Shown: positions 53,638 through 64,000 of the stretch, piece after piece
Layout of the letters: every line of letters starts with the position of its first letter
Numbering within the stretch: position 1 is the first letter of the stretch
DNA from: Octopus vulgaris
Taxonomy: Eukaryota
Assembly (NCBI GenBank): GCA_951406725.2
Contig: OX597816.1
Coordinates: 84,506,001 to 84,570,000, forward strand
Reading direction: 5' to 3'
Length of the DNA stretch: 64,000 nt
Notes under the pieces: model-generated
What the model was told of the DNA's origin: nothing
Seen by the model: the letters and a program-made list of their open reading frames with translations, nothing else
Databases searched by the model: none
Position numbers and translations under genes: made by a program

Positions 53638-53792
53638 TGTTGGCAGAATACTTAGCATTATTTCGTTCGTCTTTCGACTCCGCCTTTCATCCTTTTGGGG
53701 TTCATGAAATCAGTACCCGTTACGTACTAGTGACGATATAATTGATTAGCGCCTCCCTAAAATTTTCAGGCCTTGTACCTATAGTAGAAAAG
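53638..53792 (+). mobile_element. SINE family A copy, internally deleted, between (ATT)n arrays
   Basis: tggcagaat...cttagcattatttcgt...gcctttcatccttttgggg...aggccttgtacctatagtagaaa. Confidence 0.7.
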
Positions 53793-53978
53793 GCTATTAT
53801 TATCATTATTCAAAGGTGGCAACACTGGCGGGACCGAAAAGACCCACTCTGAGTATGCTTTTGTAAGCAAAAGGAAAGAAACTGGAAGAGAGCACTTGGG
53901 GATTGCGGAGTAATACGAGATTTTTTCGTGGGATTTGCTCCGAATTACCTTAAGTGAACTGCTCCGCTATTATTATTA

Positions 53979-54039
<61 letters not shown>

Positions 54040-54085
54040 CATTATTATTATTATTATTATTATTATCATTATTATTATTATTATT

Positions 54086-54138
<53 letters not shown>

Positions 54139-54139
54139 C

Positions 54140-54690
54140 TGTTTGATTTTGCTTTGTATTCCTACAAGTTGACTCCAATTCTCACCCAGAGACCCCAAGA
54201 GACAACAAATTAGAAGTTCAAGTTGGTATTATGCCTGGTTTTTCACATAGTATTACACATAGTATTGGTCTAGAGAAGGTTTAAGAAAATATAAGAAAAT
54301 TATATGTTTGTTTTAAAATTTGAGATTACCTAGACTGTATTTTATGTAGGATATGGGCAGTTCTCATGAACACTCTCTTGAATTTCAGCCATTTTGGGGT
54401 TTCCTGATACCTGAGTTAATTAGGAATCATCCCCTTTTGCTATCATTCCTAGGGCACCTATGACAACAGGTGTTATTTTAGTCTTCATGTTCCACATTTT
54501 GTCAATTTCTATTGCAAGATCTTTATACTTGCTTAGTTTTTAGTAAGTCTTGACAGATACATTCATGTCGATTGGGACAGTCATATCAATGAGGAGGCAT
54601 GATCTTTATCTGACGTCTTTCAATATAATGTCTGGCCTATTCGCATCTATCTTTCTGTCAGCTTGAACGCTGAAGTTCCAGAGGAATAGT
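54140..54690 (-). mobile_element. R4/Dong LINE 3' fragment (RLE domain and 3' UTR) ending at (AAC)n(AAT)n
   Basis: LWNFSVQADRKIDANRPDIILKD..RSCLLIDMTVPID.NVSVK...KLSKYKDLAIEIDKMW...TPVVIGALGMIAKG. Confidence 0.88.
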
Positions 54691-54869
54691 TGGAGAAAGA
54701 GATGTTCACCGTGTTGGATTTCTGCATTTCTGAATTTCTTTTTCTTTGGGAATTTTTCGTTTCTTTTTAAAAGTTTTGCTGTAGTTTACAGTTGCTGTAG
54801 TTGTGCAGTATGTATATATTGGCAGGTGCTTACTTCCTAAATTTCGATTATCGTGCATTTAATTGTGCG

Positions 54870-55665
54870 CAGTACTACCGGGGGCGCTACCGGTTCGAGA
54901 CAAGCTCTACAGGCAAGGATGTGCTGTCAGACGGACTTGTCCGAGCTGCATGCAGAGTGACGAAACCATTCTGCACGCTCTCGTTCAGTGACCGGGCATT
55001 GCTGACTTGTGGGATTATGTTGAACAGCTGCTGTCAGGTGTGGGACAGATCCGTCTGTAGGCCGAGCCTGTAGTGATGATTGCACCACCGCCCTCCTTCA
55101 ATCGGGTAGGCAAGGCAGTTTTATTTTGCCAGGTGGCTGTGGCGAAAGAGGTTGTTTGGTGGACAGGGTTGAATGGCATGAGGAAATATACATTCGTCTT
55201 TGGTAGAGCTCTCATTGACTTTTTTCAAGTTTCACTTGAAAAGAAAATTGAAAGTGGAGAGGGAAGTGCTGACCTCGAGAGAGTTTATTGAAAGGTGGGT
55301 GAAAGTTGCGAAAATGTCAAGAGTGGATGGTACCTCTCTAAGTATAGACCTGTGAGTCGGAGAGAAGGAATTAGAGAGGGCACTTGCTCATAGGGTTTCA
55401 AGGAAATTTCGGATAGTGGGGTTCCTTGATCATCTCTAAAGGCGTTCATATATCGGGTGGTGGGCACACCTCTATCATCCTCCTTACTTTTTTAACCTTT
55501 GTATGTTATACATATGCCTTTTCTTTTCCAGTATATACCGTGTATACTTTTTCTATTATTATTATTTCATTATTACATGTAAATCCCCCACACATTGTTT
55601 GTCTCTGTATTACTCCCCTCACCCTTCGCCCTTCGCCCTTGTGGCAAATAAATGAAATCATCATT
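54870..55665 (+). mobile_element. Tx1/L1-clade LINE 3' fragment (zinc knuckle, C-terminus, 3' UTR)
   Basis: ALPVRDKLYRQG...CPSCMQSDETILHALVQ*P (CCHC-type knuckle)...VAVAKEVVWWT; followed by a pyrimidine-rich UTR ending ggcaaataaatgaaatc. Confidence 0.7.
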
Positions 55666-56319
55666 ATTAATTAATTAATTAATTAAATAATTAATTACTT
55701 TTATTTTATTTTCCATTGGGTGGCCAAACTGTCAATAGTGTTGAAAATATATCGTCAGTGATTTCAACAAGTTTACTGAACAAAAATTTCCAGACTGAAA
55801 ATGCTTCCAACTTCCTGAAGCCCATTCTCCTCCCCGTTCTCCAATTAGACATTTTTTGCTTTTTCTATTTCTTTCCCGCATTCCTTGTATTTTGTTCATT
55901 CTATCTTTATTAACTTTCGTTGTTTCTGTCATTCTTTCAACTTTCTCCTTCATTCATTGTTTCTTCTTTCATTCACTTACCGTTTCCTCTCCTATTCGGA
56001 TTTGACTTTTTAAAATCTTTTTGTTGTGGGGGGATGATAACGCGTGCGAGAATCATATGTAACGAGGTGAGTATATTTCGCTTTTGAAATACACTACTAG
56101 ACCTAGCAATAGAGTAGCGACTATCAAGATTCTGGTTGTTAATACAATATCGTCTAATGGAAAAACCACCAAAGGACAATATAAAATGATTTAAATTAGT
56201 AACTACGTAACGGTCACAGTTACTTATTCTTTCTTCTAATGAGAAAACTAGAAAAAAACTTATTGACAAATTGCTCATAAACTCAATCTCTAATTACAGT
56301 TAATAGGACATACCTTTTA

Positions 56320-56495
56320 TCTTTTGCTTGTTTCAGTTATTAGAATGCGACTATGGTGAGGCACCGCCTTGAAAGGTTTAGGTCATCAAATCGACCGCAG
56401 TACTTATTCCATCGGTGGCTTTTTACGGGACTACCAAGTTCCGGGGACATAAGTAAACCAACACCGGTTGTCAAACTGTTGTGGGCAACAAACAC

Positions 56496-56529
<34 letters not shown>

Positions 56530-56612
56530 AGTATGTATGTATGTATGTATGTATGTATGTATGTATGTATATATATATATATAATACCTGTACATCATCT
56601 CCAAACCTTCCA

Positions 56613-56666
<54 letters not shown>

Positions 56667-56701
56667 ATATATATATATATATATGTGTGTATATATATAT
56701 G

Positions 56702-56781
<80 letters not shown>

Positions 56782-56920
56782 CGATGGGCTTCTTTCAGTT
56801 TCAATGTACCAAATCCACTCACAAGGCTTTGGTCGGCCCGAGGATATAGCAGTAGACACTTGGCCAAGGTGCCACGCAGTGATACCGAGCCTGCAACCAT
56901 GTGTTTGGTAAGCAAGCTAC
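56320..56920 (-). mobile_element. SINE family B copy with an expanded internal microsatellite
   Basis: Head on the minus strand at 56780-56920; diverged tail at 56320-56490. Confidence 0.8.
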
Positions 56921-57032
56921 TTACGACATATATATGTATGTATGTTTGTATATATATATGTGTATGTGTGTGTGTGTGTGTGTGTATGTATAAATAATAT
57001 ATATAATATATGTATATATTATATATAATATG

Positions 57033-57078
<46 letters not shown>

Positions 57079-58113
57079 CAATATAATATAATATTATATA
57101 TTTATTTATATTTATATTTATATTACGATACTTTGGACCAAAAGAAGCGCAAATCCTAGCATCACATACGGTGCGTGATCTTGTGATTGATATGAGCAAC
57201 GATACTCGTTTCACATGTATGTTACCAAGATGATGACAGTGTACAGGCGAATGGCTGGACGGATTCTGAGAACCTTCAGAATAAGGTACCAGGAAACTAT
57301 GCTGGCGCTATGGAGGACATTTTTTCCTCAGCCGCCTGGACGACTGCTCTCATCTATAGTCACCCTACAGTGTAGGATTAATAGCAGAACTTGATGCGGT
57401 TTAGCGATACTACAGCAGGAGAGACTGAAAGAGCTACGGCTCTACTCCCCGGAGCGAAGACGGAAAGATACGCAATGATATATGTATAGAAGATACTGGA
57501 GGGGCTTGCACCAAGAGTTATACCAGACCTCGAAATGGACGTCACTGCACTGTTTCAAAAGTCCCAGCTGTCTCATCTAAGGCGAGGCCCATGTACTACA
57601 ATAGCTTGGGATTCAATGCCCAGAGCTATTTAACTTCTTGCCAAAATATTTGAGGGATCTCCATGGAGTGGAAGTAGATGGTTTCAAGAAACAACTTGAC
57701 CTCTTAATATTCAAGATCCCAAATGAACCAATATCAAGGAAGGAAACTCAAAAGAGGGCAGCGATATCGAACTCCTTCCTTCACCAAAAGCCAAACCCAC
57801 AGAATTGGCCAATTAAAAGGTGATTACAATGGTGGTGTCCCAACATGGCTGCAACCACAAGGCTGAAAAATATAACAAAAAATATATATATAATATAATA
57901 TAGTATAGTATAATATAATATAATATAATATAATATATATAATATAATATAATTTAATATATATAATATAATATAATATATATACCCACACACGCATATA
58001 TATATTATGAGGTGAGTATATGAGTATATTTCGCTTTTCAAATATGCTGCTGGACGTAGCAAAGAGATGCGACTATATATATATATGTTTATATATATCT
58101 ATATATCTATCTA

Positions 58114-58149
<36 letters not shown>

Positions 58150-59179
58150 TAGATAGATATATAGATATATATAAACATATATATATATAGTCGCATCTCT
58201 TTGCTACGTCCAGCAGCATATTTGAAAAGCGAAATATACTCATATACTCACCTCATAATATATATATATGCGTGTGTGGGTATATATATTATATTATATT
58301 ATATATATTAAATTATATTATATTATATATATTATATTATATTATATTATATTATACTATACTATATTATATTATATATATATTTTTTGTTATATTTTTC
58401 AGCCTTGTGGTTGCAGCCATGTTGGGACACCACCATTGTAATCACCTTTTAATTGGCCAATTCTGTGGGTTTGGCTTTTGGTGAAGGAAGGAGTTCGATA
58501 TCGCTGCCCTCTTTGAGTTTCCTTCCTTGATATTGGTTCATTTGGGATCTTGAATATTAAGAGGTCAAGTTGTTTCTTGAAACCATCTACTTCCACTCCA
58601 TGGAGATCCCTCAAATATTTTGGCAAGAAGTTAAATAGCTCTGGGCATTGAATCCCAAGCTATTGTAGTACATGGGCCTCGCCTTAGATGAGACAGCTGG
58701 GACTTTTGAAACAGTGCAGTGACGCCCATTTCGAGGTCTGGTATAACTCTTGGTGCAAGCCCCTCCAGTATCTTCTATACATATATCATTGCGTATCTTT
58801 CCCGTCTTCGCTCCGGGGAGTAGAGCCGTAGCTCTTTCAGTCTCTCCTGCTGTAGTATCGCTAAACCGCATCAAGTTCTGCTATTAATCCTACACTGTAG
58901 GGTGACTATAGATGAGAGCAGTCGTCCAGGCGGCTGAGGAAAAAATGTCTTCCATAGCGCCAGCATAGTTTCCTGGTACCTTATTCTGAAGGTTCTCAGA
59001 ATCCGTCCAGTCATTCGCCTGTACACTGTCATCATCTTGGTAACATGCATGTGAAACGAGTATCGTTGCTCATATCAATCACAAGATCACGCACCGTATG
59101 TGATGCTAGGATTTGCGCTTCTTTTGGTCCAAAGTATCGTAATATAAATATAAATATAAATAAATATATAATATTATAT

Positions 59180-59227
<48 letters not shown>

Positions 59228-59489
59228 CATATTATATATAATATATACATATATTATATATATTATTTATACATACACACACACACACACACATACACAT
59301 ATATATATACAAACATACATACATATATATGTCGTAAGTAGCTTGCTTACCAAACACATGGTTGCAGGCTCGGTATCACTGCGTGGCACCTTGGCCAAGT
59401 GTCTACTGCTATATCCTCGGGCCGACCAAAGCCTTGTGAGTGGATTTGGTACATTGAAACTGAAAGAAGCCCATCGTATTTATATATAT
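56768..59489. repeat. ~2.7-kb near-perfect spacer-less palindrome (inverted duplication), centre ~58131 in (AT)n
   Basis: Arms of ~1.35 kb are reverse complements; by eye 4 substitutions and 2 one-base indels outside microsatellites; mirrored ORFs 56921-57214/59045-59341 and 57638-57823/58399-58626. Confidence 0.95.
57150..57800 (+). mobile_element. CR1/L2-group LINE 3' fragment, mirrored at ~58465-59110 on the minus strand
   Basis: VRDLVIDMSND, ILRTFRI, KILEGL, YYNSLGF, LFNFLPKYLRDLHGVEVDGFKKQLDLLIFKIPNEP. Confidence 0.85.
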
Positions 59490-59685
59490 CTGTGCGTCTG
59501 TCCTACCACCATCGCTTGACAACCGATACTGATGTGTTTACGTCCCCGTAACCTAGTAGTTCCCCAAAAGAAACCGATAGAGTAAACACTAGGCTTATAA
59601 AGAATAAGTTCTGGTATCGATTTTTCGATTGAAGGCGGGACTCCGGCATGGCCGCCAGTCAAATGACTAAAACAAATAAAAGAAT
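59335..59685 (+). mobile_element. SINE family B copy (head half belongs to the right arm of the palindrome)
   Basis: Head and tail match 27199-27627. Confidence 0.85.
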
Positions 59686-60264
59686 ATATATGACATTCAG
59701 AACCTCTACCACGTGTGAATCGTTGGCGATTTTCTTCCTCCGTCTTCCTTTCTATTGGACGTTCTTCTCTTTCTGAAAAAAGTTTTGCTCGAAACGTTAC
59801 ACCACCTTTCTTTCCTTCCCTGAGCGTCTGGTAATAATTTACATGTACCACGTCCTCCCGTTATTGTGTTTTCTGTGTGTGTGTTTGTTCTTTTTTGGAT
59901 TTACTATATACCGTACGCTCACTCAGACCCTGGCCTTCTGACTGAATTTGGAGTACCTAATTCACAGAATTCTTTCTACCATCGGATTACATTATCTTGT
60001 TCATTCGAAATACGCCATTTCTGCACCTTTATATAATACTGCATGTCCAAGGTACTGCGCGGTGGGACTGAACTCGGAATCTTCTTACCACACAACCATA
60101 CCTGCACCTATGTTACTTGACAGTACTCTTTGAAAACTTAGTCAAAGAAGACGACAAATTTCATGATTCTATGAAATAGCGTCGAAAGCAAGTGGGAAGC
60201 GGGGTGCTTTCGGCAAACCGAAAATCTGGCCCATAGATAGATAGACAGAGAGAGAGGGAGGAGA

Positions 60265-60313
<49 letters not shown>

Positions 60314-60714
60314 GGACGGACAGACAGACAGACAGACGAGCAGAGAGACTGATAGATTGAGTATTTGACAGTCAAATATATTGCATTACAAAATAAAAAT
60401 TTGCCGTAATGAGTTCCCGATTCAAAAAGAAACATTAATTGTATTGTTTACAATAGACTGAGAAAGAAGACATAAAACTTAAAAGAAGGCATGTTGACAG
60501 TTGTATACAAACATTAAGGTGTTAAAAATAATGCAAGACAATCAACAAAGGCAGATTGGTGGGAACCGTTTTAGCACTGGCCTAAATACATTGCAGTATT
60601 TAGTTACAAACCTCATAATCTCAATGAAAATTTCAGTAGCTGGGATTGGCTGTCATTAATCTGTTCGATTAATGCTCCTATGATGCTCAGGGATTCATTC
60701 AGTAGGCAGCAATA

Positions 60715-60815
<101 letters not shown>

Positions 60816-60836
60816 TGTCTGTCTATCTGTCTAAGC

Positions 60837-60874
<38 letters not shown>

Positions 60875-61005
60875 ATATATATATATATATATATATATGT
60901 AGGTCCCGGGTTGATTCGGGGTTAACCACAGTAAATAAGGTACTCAATACATAGCTTCCTGAAGATTTCTCTTGAATGAAACAGTTCTAGTCCTGTAGAA
61001 GCTCC

Positions 61006-61159
<154 letters not shown>

Positions 61160-61174
61160 TGTTTTATTTTTTAA

Positions 61175-61575
61175 TTCTTTTACTTGCTTGTCATTTGACT
61201 GCAGCCATGCTGGAGAATTAGCCTTTAGTCGAACAAATCGACCATAGGACTTATTCTTTGTAAGCCTAGTACTTATTCTATCGGTCTGTTATGCCGGACC
61301 GTTACTTTAAGGGGACTTAAACACACCAGCATCGGTTATCAAGCAACGGTAGGGGGACAAACAGATACACACACACACACATACATACATACATACACAT
61401 ACATATATACGACGGGCTACTTTCAGTTTCCGTCTGCCAAATCCACTCACAAAGATTTGGTCGGCCCATGGCTATATTCGAAGACACTTGCCCAAGGTGC
61501 CATGCAGTGGGACTGAACCCGGAACCATATCATTGGTAAGCAAGCTATTTAGCTCACAGCCACTCCTGCGCCTAT
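61175..61575 (-). mobile_element. Full-length SINE family B copy
   Basis: Reverse complement of 27199-27627 from tail to head (cagccactcctgcgcc). Confidence 0.88.
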
Positions 61576-61645
61576 AAGCCACCGCTGCGCCTATAAGCCA
61601 CTCCTGCGCCTATAAGCCACTCCTGCGCCTATAGCCACTCCTATA
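61558..61645. repeat. Tandem array of ~4.5 copies of a 19-bp unit taken from the SINE B 5' end
   Basis: agccactcctgcgcctata repeated. Confidence 0.9.
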
Positions 61646-61666
61646 TACATATTTAAAATTGAAGGA

Positions 61667-61722
<56 letters not shown>

Positions 61723-62349
61723 TGTACATGTGCGACATCAAACTGATTTAGGACTTTATGACAATGTTAGATGTGTGAGTGTATACTTCATACAAGATAT
61801 CGAAAGTCTTACTTTCAACATACGCGTGTGTTAATTCATCTCGCCTTCCTTCCCTCTCTACCTAACTTCCTGCCTTACTGCCTTTATCCCTACCCCTCTC
61901 TCTCTCTCCATTTCTCACCCCCCCACTCTCTCTATATCTTCTTTTACATAAACGTACATATATAGGTGTGAATCTTTTATGTTATACTTTACCTGTTTCA
62001 GTCATTAGACTACGGCCATTAGACTACCGATTTTCAAGCGGTACTGTGGACAAAACACACACACGAACACGCACACTCATATACATACACAACGGGCTTC
62101 TTTCTTTTTCGTCTACAAAATTTTCTCACATGTGAGTAAATATAGAAGCGTGCATACCTATACATATGTATGCGTTCGTATGTGTGTGTGTGTGTGTGTG
62201 TGTCTCTCTCTCTCTCTCTCTCTCTCTAAGTGATTAACTTCACACACACACACATAAAAACAGACATACACACGTACACACACTCAGGTACATGCACAAA
62301 TAGATAGGGAGAAAGATAGACTGATTAGAGAAGTTAGTGTAGATGTATC

Positions 62350-62424
<75 letters not shown>

Positions 62425-62591
62425 GGATGGATGGATGGATGGATGGATGGATGGATGGATGGATGGATGGATGGATGGATGGGTAACTAAACTTACAAAT
62501 CATTAATACAAGATAATACTAAAGTAATAACGAATATAAGAGTATAAGTGTCATCCAAACATGATATAGGGATGCCTGTGTATGTAAAGCG

Positions 62592-62731
62592 CACTAGCGT
62601 AACTGGGGGTGGGGATATCCGTCCGGGTGGCACTTTTGGGTCTGCTGTAGGCAATGTATATTTTTTGTGGCGTCCGGGGGCGGCAAACGGAAGGGTCACC
62701 CCGGGAGAAACACACTCTAGCTACGCTAGTG
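62592..62731. mobile_element. 140-bp non-autonomous hAT-type MITE
   Basis: Imperfect 15-bp TIRs cactagcgtaactgg / ctagctacgctagtg; 8-bp TSD gtaaagcg (62584-62591) / gtaaagca (62732-62739); GC-rich interior. Confidence 0.8.
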
Positions 62732-63039
62732 GTAAAGCAAATATATGTATATTTGATTTTTATAAGTTCAATACAAACGTATTCATTCCGGTTGTTTTGT
62801 TTTCACGTATACATTGGTCAGTATCCCAACAAAAAGGGTCAAAAGAATTCCTTCACTATATAATTTGCTTCAGATTCCAAACACAATCAGATTAACTCTC
62901 TGAATAAACAAGTAATCTTCAAATGATTAGCAAATACATACAGACAGACAGAGAGACAGACAGTATATATAATGTATGCATACATACATACATTTATGCG
63001 GACGTATTCATTCCATACAGGAATGCATACATACATACG

Positions 63040-63096
<57 letters not shown>

Positions 63097-63157
63097 TGGC
63101 TATGCCCCAGCATGGCCGCAGCTTCAAGGATGAAACATATAAAAGAATAAAAGAATG

Positions 63158-63188
<31 letters not shown>

Positions 63189-63939
63189 ATGTGTGTATAT
63201 ATATATATGTGTGCATACACACACACACACACACACACACTCACACAGATGTTAATACACAGCTATCCAAACAACTCTACAGACATGTAATCATATGTAC
63301 ATATGTAGTGGCATACCCGCACGCACACACACAGACATACACGCACATACGTGCGCGCGCGCACAAAAACACACATATATACAGTGCGTGACTGAATAAA
63401 TTAAGCAACGAAAGAGAATTAACGGGTCGCGAATACGAATGGGTAACAGAGGTGTTGAGTGGAAACGTGCGTAGACATGGGCATGTAGAGAAACAACGCA
63501 TCGGGAAAAGGAGCAATGATGATAGAAGAACATCGGTATATGTATCTATGTATCGACGCGGTTAACTCCCAATGATTTCCGGCTGAGATCTTCGCTGAAG
63601 GCGTTAAGACAAACGACGAATTGACAAGATGGAGGTTTTTCTAAAGCAGCGAACGTTTATCCCCAGCAGAGAGCAAACGAACTGTTTTAAATGGTCAGTC
63701 ATTTCAGCTGTTTAGAAATATCCTGGTTAGTTTGAACTGGAAGAAAGTATATGCGTTTTGTATGTATGTATCTATGTGTCCTTCTATGTATTTGTATATG
63801 TATGTATGTCATTGTTCAGTTGTTTTTTTCGAGATTTCTTGCCAATAGAGAAAGAATTGGTTTCTAACCTAGATTCAAGGTTCCTTCATTGGAGTATCAA
63901 CACTAACAATAATGTTTGTATGCATGTATATACTATTTT

Positions 63940-64000
63940 ACTCTTTTGCTTGTTTCAGTCATTTTGACTACGGCCATGCTGGAGCACCGCCTTTAGTCGA
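63940..64000 (-). mobile_element. SINE family B 3' tail, truncated by the window edge
   Basis: cttgtttcagtcattttgactacggccatgctggagcaccgcctttagtcga is the reverse complement of the SINE B tail. Confidence 0.8.

Noticed and set aside
61558-61645. CRISPR-like array
   Set aside because: Units are directly adjacent with no unique spacers, derive from a SINE end, and the context is eukaryotic with no cas genes

Overview
Eukaryotic, AT-rich, microsatellite-saturated non-coding DNA. The SINE and repeat make-up looks like a coleoid cephalopod, probably Octopus (inference). I cannot support any host protein-coding gene. Most ORFs in the track are translations of (TA)n, (CA)n, (AAT)n and (ATGT)n repeats. 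The recognisable content is decayed mobile DNA: R4/Dong-type RLE LINE pieces in (AAT)n arrays, CR1/L2-type and Tx1/L1-type LINE fragments, two Tc1/mariner transposase pseudogenes, a 140-bp hAT-type MITE, three tRNA-derived SINE families and several Penelope-like element (PLE) remnants. The most interesting signal is a dense set of type-I hammerhead ribozyme motifs (CUGANGA...GAAA...UH, mostly with self-complementary helix III) from several unrelated sequence families. Five copies have intact cores: 17014-17059, 19599-19663, 21586-21659, 23549-23631 and 44198-44280. Most sit in inverted-repeat (fold-back) cassettes next to (TA)n, and one family places a tRNA-derived Pol III head upstream of the ribozyme. 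There is also a spacer-less ~2.7-kb near-perfect palindrome (56768-59489) that may be an assembly artefact. All calls were made by eye, and element boundaries are approximate.
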